From the NCBI GenBank assembly GCA_964106645.2, contig OZ067038.1: a stretch of DNA of 64,000 nt; one strand, given 5' to 3'. The notes below the pieces were generated by a model, which saw only the letters and a list, made by a program, of their open reading frames with translations, had not been told where the DNA came from and did not search any database. Positions 24,454-36,849 of the stretch are shown here, piece after piece; position 1 is the stretch's first letter; every line of letters starts with the position of its first letter. The position numbers and the translations under genes were made by a program. The DNA comes from Podarcis pityusensis (Eukaryota).

Positions 24454-25493
24454 CTGGAAAGACAAAAGTAGTATGTCGTAAGAATATGCAGATGTCAGTA
24501 AAAATGTCTAGATGTCAGTAATTGTTAAAAGGGTGGCCAGATCTGGATTGAAAGGAAATGTTTAACAGTGAAACGTACTAGAGGAATGGTTCTGTCCTAG
24601 AGCCCAATTCATATATCATATTTGTCCTTTGTGTGTCTATGCTGTAGCATTTTTTCAGGTTGCCACCACTGTAAAAATAGCAGTGGCAATATTCAGCTCT
24701 CATGTAAAGGAACCAGCTCACACAGGTGTACATATATAGCAGCACTGCCTTGCTGCAACCCTAGTTGTGGGCCATGCTTTGTCAGTGGTGCAGGTAGTGT
24801 GAACCAGTCCGTGGTTTTAAAGAAAATTGCTGCTCCTAACTGAGATTATCGAGGCCATTTCTGAATGCTACTGTATCACTTTTCTCAGAAGGTGGTGTAA
24901 TTCAATCAACAATGAACCTAAAGGCCATGTAAACTATAGGGGAATTCTGAACTGCCAAGGAAATAACTAAATCATGGCTGAGAAGCATGTCCACAGTTAC
25001 ACTACATGATAAACTGTGGAATAGAAAGAACAGCAAGCATATACAGCTCCACTGAAGGTGACCAATAATTAACTGAAAGGCTTTGAAATTTCATAGATTG
25101 GGGGTGGGGGAGGTATTGGTCTATGTGTGCGTGTGTGGAATTTGTTTCAATCCTCTTCAAATGTTTATTTGTAAAAAATAACGCAGGAGTTCAGGTAGCA
25201 TATGGCTGGCCATTGCAAGGACAGAATGCTGGACCACAGAGGTCTTCAGTATGATCCTGCAGAACTCTTCTTATGTTCTCATAATGGGGATGATACAGTA
25301 GTCACGAGTATCAACTATAAAATCACAGTATATGAACTGAAAAAAACTGACTAATGAAAGTGCATCCCAAAAAATTGACTTGAGAGAAGTCAGCAAGAAG
25401 CTTGGTCCTTCTCCAATGTTACAGAAGCTTTGCTCACCCTTTGAAAAATCTTGCATTACACTTAACCGTAAACATTTACTAGGTAATACTTAC

Positions 25494-25568
25494 CATGAAA
25501 ATGATGCTCACAAAATTTGTGAAGTATGCTGGAAAACGATCTTTCCACGTCAGTTTTTCTTTTTCAGT
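25494..25568 (-). CDS. ANO1: ANO1 exon 16 (TEKEKLTWKDRFPAYFTNFVSIIFM)
   Basis: 75 nt, tag|ACT...ATG|gtaagt. Confidence 0.97.
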
Positions 25569-26539
25569 CTATGGCATGAAAGAAAACAAAATGACCCTGC
25601 GATGTAATATAGCCACATATACTGTAGCGGCGAAAGCATTTTCTTTTTAATTTGTGCCGGTCATCCAAACTTTGATGTGTAGGAAAGCAATCAAATGCAT
25701 AACTTGATAGTAGTGCAAAGACACAGGAATGGAAGTAAACATTTTAGGAGGCAAATGTCAGAACAGTGTGGAGTCAATTCAGTTAACTACAACTATATAA
25801 AGGGGTCAGTATATCACAATATTTATTTCAAATTGAGCTAGTTTGTTTATCAGTGTTATGAGGCCAAGCAATTTTATTTTATTTTTTACAAAAACACAGA
25901 TTTTTAGGGATTGTCAAAGCACATTTATCTCTGTCTCTATTTTAGTCTATTTTATATTGGCCACTATGAAACCCCCCCCCCCTTCAGAACATTGCTATGT
26001 GTTTATAACAATGCAGAAAAGTTAAGGTACTTTGTGAAAGTTCCATCACTCACGAAAATCCATTGTTTGTGGGAAAAGATGAATGTGATGCTAAATAAGT
26101 TGATTAAAGAATGCAAACGAGGAGTATGCTCATTTGGCTTGTCTTTTTTGTTCCAAGTCAGAGGAACAGGAGCTACTTTCCTGAATATGGTAAAATTTAG
26201 GAAACTGGTACTGAGGCAAGCATATGGAACAATATACAGATATACTGCACATGATCTCAAGGGCAAGACAGCATGAACTGGGCCAACATGAAACATGATG
26301 TGTGTGTGGATATGTTTGCCAAGAAAAATATGGTCAATAACATGGTCAGCGATGTGGAATCTCAGTGCCATGGTGCCTTGATACTTGTCAAACCAGTCTT
26401 GCCTGCATTAGTTTACAGCTGCTCAGTCTCAACCAAGATATGCTGTAGTTCCTTTAAAAGCCCCATAGCAGAAGGACAGAATGAAACCACTGCAACTCCC
26501 ATCCTATCCATCCACTGGCTCCCTTCTTCCATCCTTTTG

Positions 26540-26920
26540 TTTATTTTATTTATTAAAAGTATTCATGAATTGCCTTTTCTGCCCCCAAGGCAATATACAA
26601 CAACTAGAAACAACACAGATTTTTTTTTAAAAAAAACACCAATTAACAAAACAAAACCAGAATGTGGGATTGAAAACCCATCAAGAGCCAGGAGGAACAA
26701 AATAGCTAGGCAAAGCTAGGGACAACCTTGTGGCCCCCCTAGGGAAGGCGTTCCACAAGCCAGATGCTGCTATATAGAAGAGTTTCTGTCCTGGGCCTTT
26801 TCACCTGGGAGCCTAGTTGTTGCCCCCTACATTTGGCAAGGAAGAAAGGTGACAAAAAGAAACAGAATGGGAAGCAGAGTGGCAGCACCTTCTCCTGACG
26901 TTACAGGGCTTTAAAGGTTT
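26540..26920 (-). mobile_element. Degraded L2 3' fragment
   Basis: (ttta)n tail, gggaaggcgttccaca and agggctttaaaggt motifs shared with other L2 copies. Confidence 0.5.
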
Positions 26921-27443
26921 GGGCAACATCTTTGGGTTCAGATATAGTAACATTAATATCTGATCGTATATTGTTTATTTTCATGGTCTGCTGAGTGATC
27001 ACTGTTGTATTTCAACACACTGTGTCATGGAGATTATTTGATTTTTTAAAGCCTGAAAACAGGGAATGATGTGTTAATATTGCGATGTCATATATAATTA
27101 CAGAAGGCCACTTCAAGAACAACAAGCATTTAATGTCACATGCATGTCACACGCATGCTGTCTGAGGAAAAACAAACAGCCGCAGGCAACTCTGCCAAGC
27201 ATCTGGCACGTGCAGAAGTGCCACACCAGTCAATATGTAAGGATTAACCATGCAGTGCCATTCCAAACAAAGAGGAAAACCAGTCCCAACAAGAGTGCTG
27301 AAGAAGGGGGCAGGGGGAGGGGGGAAAATACGTATATGTGTATATTAGACAATAAACAGACAAAGTTTGGAAAACAAATCAATTGGTGTTTTCTATAGTT
27401 ATTCATAGTTCAGAAAGTTTCCACAAATTTGAATGAAATGTAC

Positions 27444-27521
27444 CAATTTCACCCCAGCCATGACTCTCTTAACTCTTTGTCGCCATTTGTTGGCTGCCTC
27501 TTCCGGCAATTGCGGGCCCTT
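27444..27521 (-). CDS. ANO1: ANO1 exon 15, alternative segment d (KGPQLPEEAANKWRQRVKRVMAGVKL)
   Basis: 78 nt, frame-preserving, cag|AAG...TTG|gtacat; homologous to human KRRHIPEESTNKWKQRVKTAMAGVKL. Confidence 0.95.
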
Positions 27522-28039
27522 CTGATGGCATTTGAAGGAAACAGAAAAGGGTCATGCAATATGGTTGTTACAAAGCATTGACTCATATAGGCAAATAAAT
27601 CAATACCCTCAGCAAAATATGGACACGCTACAGCTTAAAAACAAATAGAAGCTGCCTTTACTTGTTATGGGCCAATGCTATGTCTTCTGAAATGAAGTAA
27701 ATTACTATAAGGAAGAAAGTACAAAATAAAACCACAGGAAAATGACCAGTGTTATCTAGTAAAACAACAACAACAAAAACAACAATGCAAAGGATAAAAA
27801 CTGATCTGTATTATTTTAAGGTGTCACAATATGTGTCAGACAAGAGTCTGATCTCCTTCATAATGAAAGTTATCAGCAAAATCCCACAATATTTTGCAGT
27901 GGGATGACTAGAGTCGTTTAACTAACCAATGACCTGGAGTCAGGAATGAGTAGTGAGTTTGCAGATAGAATGAACTTTTTCAGAATGGTGGAACCCAAAG
28001 GAGATTGTGGAGAAACCAAGAAGGATCTACCTGCAAGGT

Positions 28040-28390
28040 CTTCGCTTTATTAGTTCATTTTTGAGATAGGGTGACTGGAATGGAATACAGTATTTCAATC
28101 ATGTTCACACCATAGATGTACATTAAGAACATTGGCAGTTCCTGCCCCCACATCCATGTTAACTACAATTTAATTCCCCCTCACCACCACCACCAATGTT
28201 GCATACTGAATAAAAGTTTTCATCGAGCTATTCATCATAAACTGTAAATTTCTTGCTTGGCTAGTCGTACCAGTCTATCTCCCATTAGTACATAAAAATT
28301 ACTTTCGCTCTTGTTCCAATTTGCATCACTGCATACATACTTACAATGAAATTTAGCTGCCAATTTGTGGCCCACTAGCCTAAGCAGTTT
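28040..28390 (-). mobile_element. Degraded CR1 fragment
   Basis: Similar to 3460-3610 (ttttgagatagggtgac...cagtatttcaa...catagat). Confidence 0.55.
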
Positions 28391-28479
28391 GGTGTTGTTT
28401 GCAAACTTGAGCAGTTTACTCCTCTCTGCTGTTGAACCATATGGTTAAAAATTTATAACACCTGTCCTCTTTATTCCAT

Positions 28480-28860
28480 GCCCGCTAACTTTTATTCCCT
28501 CCATATGAACCAACTCAGACCCTGTGATCATCTTCCAAGGCCCTTCACTGTGTGCCTCCTCCGTGAGAGGACTGGAGGGTGGCAACCTAAGAAAGGGGCC
28601 TTTTCTGTGGTGGCGACTGCTTGTGGGATGCTCTCCCCAGGGAAGCTTGCCTGGCACCTTTGTTATCTTCAGGTGCCAGGCAAAAATAGTCTTCTTCTCT
28701 CAGGCCTCTGGCTAATTAAACAATCTATGGCCTTTTAAACTGTGGGCTGGGGGTATTGTTTTTGTCTGGTACTATGGTATGTATTTTTGTGTTTTTATAT
28801 TGTAAACCTTGTGAGCCTCAGATGGAGGGTGGTATAGAAATTTAATAAATAATAACAACA
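28480..28860 (+). mobile_element. L2 LINE 3' fragment
   Basis: ccttttctgtggtggc...tgtgggatgctctccccagggaag...gggtggtatagaaatttaataaataataa tail. Confidence 0.75.
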
Positions 28861-30686
28861 ACTTTACACAGGAGCATTTGGTGAGGGAGTTCTCTGGCTC
28901 TCACAAATTCTGTAGTAGTTGATTTTTATTTTAATTTTAGTGCCAGATCTACACCTTTACAGACCACTACATAACATGTGGCACTTAGAAATCTGTATCA
29001 GTGAAAGTGCGTCAAATGTCTATTCTTCTTCTAGAAAACCAGGACTGTAGTTGTTGTACGGGAGTTTGGTTACAAAGGAGCTTGGAGATGTTAGAAAGGG
29101 GAAACACTTAAAATATAAAATTAAGGACTTGAAAATTAGGTAAATCATTCCATAAACCAGTTTGGGTTTCTGCCCCCCTGGTTTTAAACTAGGATCATGC
29201 TGAAATTAATGGAACTAAACTGTTTTAAACCCATGGTGAATTAGAATGTGAAGTACATGCTTATGTTCTGATCCTGAAGTGACAAATATCTGCAATGGTA
29301 TACACAGAGCACTGATATATAATGGCCTCACAGATGGGCCATACTCATACCAATCCATGATAAAACCTTACTGTCAAAATATTACATGTATAGACACAAA
29401 TGTAATTGGTTCAGTCGCAGCAGAAGTGCCTTCATGTTTAAGCAAATAATCCCCAAAGTTGACCTCAACCTACTTCAACTTCACCCAGTTCTACAGCAAG
29501 TAATATTTATGTCTGGCAATGGTTGTTTCCAGTGCAGCACAATTCCAGTGTTGATGAGGCTGCTTCACTAGTCTATCTTCACAGGACATCAGGGCAATGC
29601 CATACAGCAAGATGAGTGTTCCTTTTCTGGAGCAGTGGCTCAAATAACTGAGCCTCGCAAGCATTAATGAAACTGAAAACCCCCACAAATTAAGGTGCCG
29701 ATTCTGGTATTACAGTCCAGACACATGATAACCCATTCACAACACCCGTCCAACATATGTAAATCTATTGAAAATGGCATCTCATGTAGACTCGAACCTG
29801 GAAAATGAAGAAAGTCAATGGGAAATGAAGCAAGAGAAAATAATTACTAAATAGAAATGGTCAGGGAGGGGGAAGTTTGTGGCTTCCTTGGAAATAACTG
29901 GACTGGGGTGGGAGGGAGAGAAAATGGTGATTAACCAGATGCAGATCCACTAGGCAACTATACAGTGCAAACTGCCCAGGTGCGTTTGGGTCATTTCACA
30001 CATTATACAGAGGTAAGCTTGGATTTGGCACGGAGTGTATATTCAACAGACAGCTGCAGCCAATCACGGCTTTCTTACACGTGTCCCTGTACAATACATC
30101 CTTCGCTCTAGTCACAGTCTGTTTTTCTGTGCCCTTAAGTACCTAGCTATGGAGGAGGCTGCCCACTGTATTCCTACATGTAGTCAATTTTCTTCTAATA
30201 ATAGATTTAAGGCAGGGTCCCCTGGAGTGAGCTCGTCAAGAAAAAGCAATTCTTATTCTTTTACATTCTAAAAGTAGATCTTTTAAAGTATACCTCCGAT
30301 TTTCATTCTGGGGGAAAAGACCCAGTTATCAGAACTTTGGGAAACACCAATATAGTGCGTTCAATTCTGTGCACATATATTAATACTATTTTCACAGGCT
30401 TCTGTAATTGTTCTGCCTGCTATTCTATTCATGGACCATGATTTAGGTGTGAGAACGTGCACAGAATAAGGCTGCATGCGCTCTAAGGAATTATTGTAAT
30501 CTTAAAACAATTCCTATGGTCACTATGCCTGTGATGAACCCACATCTATACTAACCCTAGAGAGCTCAGATTATTTTCTTGCAACAACAGCCGTCTAAAC
30601 ATTGTCAGACCCCAACTCTCACCAGCACCAGCCAGCATGGCCAATAGTCAGGGGTGATGGGAGGTGTAGTCCCACAACATTTAGAA

Positions 30687-30822
30687 CAGGCATAGGCAAA
30701 CTCCGGCCCTCCAGATGTTTGAGACTACAATTCCAATCATCCCTGATCACTGGTCCTGTTAGCTAGGGATGATGGGAATTGTAGTCCCAAACATCTGGAG
30801 GGCTGGAGTTTGCTTATGCCTG
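30687..30822. mobile_element. Palindromic ~136-bp hAT MITE
   Basis: CAGGCATAGGCAAACT...AGTTTGCTTATGCCTG; TSD atttagaa/atctagaa. Confidence 0.9.
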
Positions 30823-31041
30823 ATCTAGAAGGTCACAGGTTCTCCCTGTTTGTGTAGCTACCCTCTCTTGCTCTCCTGTCCTTCCTCTCTCTTTTTGGGT
30901 GTCCATCTCTATCTGTCTTTCTTTATATGTGTAGTTAAAGAATGGTAATGGAGGTGGAGAGTTGCTGTTTGTTACTGTATGTCATTGTAAATGGGGAAAC
31001 CTTAACTACGAATAAAAAAAGTAGCTACATTGTTAGCTTAC

Positions 31042-31113
31042 CTCTTTATTTTTGGATTCTTTCCTTAGTGATTTTTCTAACACTTTAGCTTCATATTCAG
31101 CCCTGGGGTGATC
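31042..31113 (-). CDS. ANO1: ANO1 exon 14 (DHPRAEYEAKVLEKSLRKESKNKE)
   Basis: 72 nt, cag|GAT...GAG|gtaagc. Confidence 0.97.
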
Positions 31114-32075
31114 CTGCAAATAAGTCAATAGGCTAGTGAGCCATGAAACCCATTTTCTACCCATTCAAATGTTCAAGAACAAAAACAAATAAAGGTTCCA
31201 GTGTAATTTAATTTTAAAAAAATTAAATGTTAATCTTATTTGAAAAATAGAATGTTAAGATTTAATTTAAAATGCTTGCTCATGTCATTGCTCTCTGTTG
31301 GTGTGCCATTGTAGCTAAAGACCTTAAGCTATAATCTGCAATGCTGCTGGCTCAGCTGATGTCCTTGCCTTGATGGTGACACTGCTGCTGCGAGATTGGC
31401 TGCTCTCCTCTCTCATATGACACAGCAGCTGCATCACACAGTTAGGGATGGGACAGAGGCAGGATTATGGCCAGCAGCAATGCAAATCAAGTACAACCCT
31501 GCAACAATTTCACTAGCAGCAAATGGTTTATATTGCATAATGTGCTGATTTGCAGCCTTGCAATTCATTTTAAACTGGAACCTTTCATTTCAGTCATTGC
31601 ACAGAGGCCATTTGTAAGACTGTTCATCTGAGCTGATGTTACCATAAATGACCCAAGAAGGGGCTGGGACAGCAATAAGGTGGTTTGAGTTTAAGCATTC
31701 AGTTCATGGACACCTGAGATGCTCTTTCTTATCAGTTAAGCTGATCGGTCTTGCCAAAAGAATGCATTTCAGATTTGCCAAACACACTGGAAAAAGATGT
31801 GGAAAATAATCAGAAGTTGAAGGAATGAGACAGCCAAAAGATTCAGAAAGTGCCTTAAAAATGCATTAGATGGATATGGGAATGGATATGAAAAAGTCCC
31901 AACAGGGATATATATATATATACAGTATAGGAAGAAAGAATCATTGCAGTGGAAGGAAATCAGATGCTAGGAAAAAAGAATGAGGTGAGATCAGAAGGCA
32001 TCTTTCACCACTCCACAGATCAAAAAGGTAGAGAAATTTCAAAAAAAATAAATAAAAATAAAAATAAATCCAAAC

Positions 32076-32087
32076 CTTGACTGCCTC
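32076..32087 (-). CDS. ANO1: ANO1 exon 13, 12-nt microexon, segment c (EAVK)
   Basis: U-rich tract then ctgaag|GAGGCAGTCAAG|gtttgg, located between the EEEE and DHPR exons. Confidence 0.93.
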
Positions 32088-34112
32088 CTTCAGGAAACCA
32101 TAAAAAACACAAACAAACATAAAAATTAAAATTACTTCACTGTTGCACAATTCTGCACTGGATACAATTGTTTTTATTCATGTGAATGTGGCTGAAGGAA
32201 TCAGAAGAGACATGGCTGCATCTTTGGGGAAACTGTCTTCTTTTGTATTTATATTAATGTTATATTGGTAGCATGAAAGGAAACATATTATTGCATCAAG
32301 ATGAATGAGTTTAAGTAACATGGTGGTATACAGTCTGGATGGTGACATATGATTAAACCCTCAATGGAATAAACAACAACTACAGGAAAGAACAGTTGTG
32401 CGCTGGAGTTTCAGCCAGTGTTCATTTCAATGGGATGAGAAGCTCCTGGGGATTTTGTCTCACACTATTTAACCTCTTCAGTCTTCAGCAGGATTTAAAT
32501 GCATGCTCAAGAGCTTGGCTCATAGGGCTGAATTAGTGGGACTGGAGTGTGTTAAGTGAAAAGTAAAATACATTCTATTAACAGCAGTTATCTCAGGTCA
32601 CAGGCTGTTACCATTGCAGAGAACACTGAACATAACCCTGAAAGATATTTGCCACTAGAAGGATACAGTTAATCCTTTCCACTTTCATGTAAGCTAACAA
32701 CAAGGTACCAAAAATAAAAGAACAGTTGTCTTATGGTATCCATAAAAACATCCTCCCATTGTTATCCAATAGGTTACGTCTCAATCCTAGGTATGCATGT
32801 GGGGTTCATGTTAGCCCAGTGACACGTTTGCAAGCAAACAACAGGATCAGGGCCTTAGAACACTTTGATGTCACTTAAGACCTTTCAACCCAATGGTCAA
32901 AAAAGTATTAAGGCTGTAATTTATATTTATTCATTTCAATATGTATCACCTTTGACATTGAGTGTAGAGGGTTGATAAATACCAGCTGACAGGGTAATCC
33001 CTGTCACGTTTGGGTGTCGGCTGGGTGTACATGTAGACATCTGCAGGAAGCAGATGACCCACCCTAAATTCCGTTATCCCAGCCCTAAATTAATGATTAC
33101 ACTAAAGTGAATATTTAGTTTGATAGACAAAATTGTGCCTCTGATTAACTGTACAGCGTTTTAAACATTTTAATGTAGGCACTGCAGTTGGCAAACATCA
33201 TCTTAAAAGAGGTTTTCCTTGTGCTCTCTCACAAAAGAGGAAATGTCTCTTCTAAGATGATGCCTAGGATGACACACATATACACAACCTAAAAACAAAG
33301 TACTGTATGCATTTGCTTCAGAACTATCGTTTTTATTCAAATGCAGATTCAGTTGGTTTACTCAGCTCAGATTTGTTTAACTGTAAAGTAAGCCCTCAAC
33401 TTACGCAGGGGTTCTGGTTCTGGGGATCACACCTAAAGATGAAATTTCATATTTTATTTTATTTATATATTTTTGTTTGCCAAGTGCATAAAGCTGAACG
33501 TGCACAAGTTAAATGCTCATTGTGGGTTTGCTGGATACTATGCTATGTTATGCCAAAACTAGCTGTGATTTATGGTAGTAAAAGATCCTCACAACAGTTC
33601 AATGGAAACTTGTCTGCTCATCAGAGTTTTAAAATATGAGAGATATGAACTCTAACCCTGGAGAGGTAGAGAACACAGTGCAAAAATAAATTTAAAAAAG
33701 AAAGTGGAGGGATAGGAAAATTGCAAAATGGGAATGTTTGTTGGAGAGAAGAGAGTAGCCTCAGGGTAAATGATTAAGTAGCCTCTCCTTAATCACACCC
33801 GTTCTACTCCTGACTTCAATGACCCGGTTTTGGTTAAAATATTTGGTGTGGTTCTAATCTAACTCTGAGTGTGAGCAAAACTCACCAACTGAACCTTCCA
33901 AAAATAAATTTGAGGGAAGTTGTGGCAAGTCAGAAAAAAAGAAAGCCTTTAGATTCACGAGCCTTTCCTAACTGCAAGAGGCAGTGATTGAGACATCCAA
34001 ACAGAAACCACAGAAGTTCTCTTCAGCCATTCAGCCTGAACAGGCAATGGCAAAAACAATGACCAATTTTCTTGCAATAATAAGGCAGGTAATAAGAGGG
34101 AGGCTTCTAAGT

Positions 34113-34235
34113 ACTCGGCCCTCCAGCTGTTTTGGGACTACAACTCCCATGATCCCTAGCTAACAGGACCAGTGGTCAGGGATGATGGGAATTGTAGTCC
34201 CAAAACATCTGGAGGGCTGAGTTTGCTTGTGCCTG
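34113..34235. mobile_element. Palindromic hAT MITE, one terminus truncated
   Basis: Same internal sequence as 36714-36849; left TIR missing. Confidence 0.85.
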
Positions 34236-35581
34236 GTCAAGCTGAATGTGCTCTGAAACTCCCTTCAGACACGCTAAATGAGCAAATGGTGGGAGTGAAG
34301 GAGTGGGGCAGGACATGCAGGGGTGTATGTGAGAGGGCTGAAGTGCATGCCTCAAGCTCCCTATACACATTTTGCTCTTGTTTAGGCTACTAAACACCTC
34401 AAAAATTTATGCAACTCTGTCTTGAACCTAGTTTAGTGTAGTAACTTCATCCACTGTGGCCCAGTTTGCATGTCACAGCAAACACAGGTAAATGTTGGTC
34501 GTGAGCATACTTTTCTTAGGCGCTTATGTCCTTCCCGTTTGCATACTGAGGAAAAAAATCATGATTCCTAGCTTAGCTTTATGTAGGAACAAGGGACCAT
34601 GGTTTGTTTTATTCCAGCAAACCCTGATTAGTAAGCTACAGAAAGTGGTTTGTTAGGAGTAAAATGAACAATCCCTGGTTCAAATCCCAAAATTAGGGGT
34701 TATGGTTTGTTTCCTTTCAGCGTGACCTAGATCGTAGGGTTCATCGTGACATGCCATTGAAACCAGTAACACACTCAATTCTAATTTGGAAGCTCAGAAG
34801 TTATTTTATAAATAGAAGCTCACAACTAACACCGAAAAGCTACTTGATTTCCTTATAAAACTTTTAAAGCAGTATTTTAAGCAGTATTTATTCACTTTTT
34901 GAAAATGGAACTGTAAGGGATGGATTATACAAACACTGGATTGATTTACAAACTATTTCTAGGGAAATTTACATTTCAGGGGAAAAATTGAAAAAACTAA
35001 ACATTAAAACATAACAAAAGGAAAACAGCAGAAAAACACTCTTTCAAAACAATCAACATTTTCCTTTTTGCAGTTCTTAAATTATGTCAGTGCTCTCTAA
35101 TATTGTCTACATAATTTGCTGTCTTGAATTATTTTACCTTTCAATCAATGTTTGATATGCTGAATACAAGCTATAGTTTAAAAATCTAGGCTCACACAGA
35201 AAAGACAACTGAAGTACTTGCCACCCTGCATTTAGGAGAGAATTATTCTCAAAACAGAGCAAATCACACAATTTTTTCTTACACTCCCCCTCCCGTTCTC
35301 CTTCATGGGTGTGCTCACTTAATATGTTTCCTGTATCAAGGGAGTCATTTGCAAGCTATATATGTTTTAATGCCCACAACACTAGGCGTGACCTTCATTT
35401 TATAGTTCTAACGTTATGCTTCCATGGTAACAAGACATGCTACCGTACTACCACACCCTTCCCAAACTTAGAAATAGTATATGTGCAGGATTTTCCTTTC
35501 CAATGGGTCAACAACTAAAAATGAAAGACCATTTGGCAGATGTAACAACCAATGAAATAGCACATAACAAAATTAACTTAC

Positions 35582-35664
35582 TTCCTCTTCTTCAAACCCA
35601 GTCAGATCCCATCTGTAGTTCAGACGCATCTGTTTTCTCTTCCAGTGTTCCATGAATGTAGCAG
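35582..35664 (-). CDS. ANO1: ANO1 exon 12 ([28 protein letters not shown])
   Basis: 83 nt, cag|CT...GAA|gtaagt. Confidence 0.98.
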
Positions 35665-35851
35665 CTGGGTGGTTAAAAGAAAAAAAATACTTAAGAAGAG
35701 CAGGCTAATTCTACCACTTGCTATTTGTTATGGTTTCCATTAACAAAACCAGAGATGGTTACATATGCTATACAGCACACTACTTTCTTTCCTCTCCAAA
35801 TAAATTAAAACATTTCTTTCAAAGCCCAAAGTAGAATGGAAGACCCTACTG

Positions 35852-35988
35852 CAGGCATGGCCAAACCTGGCCCTCCTGCTGTTTTGGGACTACAATTCCC
35901 ATCATCCCCAGCTAACAGGACCAGCAGCCAGGGATAATGGGAACTGTAGTCCCAAAAACTGCTGGAGGGCCAAGTTTGGTCATGCCTG
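35852..35988. mobile_element. Palindromic hAT MITE
   Basis: CAGGCATGGCCAAAC...GTTTGGTCATGCCTG; perfect TSD ccctactg. Confidence 0.92.
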
Positions 35989-36713
35989 CCCTACTGCCTT
36001 TAAGACTGATGATTGTAAATAATTGTAATTGATTTGATAACATTGGGTTACTAGTAAGTCTAAACACGAGAGGACACTTAATGCTGTTTTTGCAATTTTC
36101 ATTTACAAATATTGTAGGAATAAAACAAAATAAAAGTTGCCTTGACTTTATTTACAAATATATAAGCAGTACATAAGATGAGGCACTCCTAAAAGGCAGA
36201 AGATTCACTATGGCATACCAGATCCCCAGACAAATGTCTCAGCTCCCATTAAGCCTTCAGCCAACTTACCACTCTTTTTCCTTTTGCCAATTCCACAGAA
36301 TCTGCCTTCCTCTCCCCATGGCTGTGTATGTGTGTTTCACCTGTCTCAAACTCTGATGGGGATCTCATTTAAACACAGGTGTTCCCAATTATTCTTGAGC
36401 AATTAGCATCCATGGAGGCTCAAGCAAGTATTCTGGGCTATTAACCCACAATTTTCAAGAGGGGTTTAATATTCAAGCTGTACAAAGGGTGAGGATGGCT
36501 CAAAATTGAAATGCCCCCACTTGCAACCAAAGCTGTGGTCCATTTTGTTTGTCAACCCAGACCCATGTTTCCCAAATCTGGATTCATGCTTGAAATGGGT
36601 CACAGAGCCCCTCTTCTCTCCTATGCCAGTTCTCCCTTCATAGGCAAAGGGATGGGGAGACTTCAAGGAATCTAGCTCACTAATAGGCAGGTTGACTGAT
36701 TGACTGGTTAACT

Positions 36714-36849
36714 CAGGCATAGGCAAACTCAGCCCTCCAGATGTTTTGGGACTACAACTCCCACCATCCCTAGCTAACAGGACCAGTGGTCAGGGATGAT
36801 GGGAATTGTAGTCCCAAAACATCTGGAGGGCCGAGTTTGCCTACGCCTG
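36714..36849. mobile_element. Palindromic hAT MITE
   Basis: CAGGCATAGGCAAACT...AGTTTGCCTACGCCTG; perfect TSD ggttaact. Confidence 0.92.

Noticed and set aside
25911-26719. Overlapping 121-148 aa ORFs in intron 15
   Set aside because: No recognisable homology; the acceptor-like site near 26452 leads to stops in all three frames
30294-30307. 14-nt exon-like segment cag|AATGAAAATCGGAG|gtatac in intron 14
   Set aside because: Weak donor and frameshifting length; within chance expectation
32778-32786. 9-nt tag|GATTGAGAC|gtaacc candidate microexon
   Set aside because: No polypyrimidine tract and an in-frame stop; likely chance
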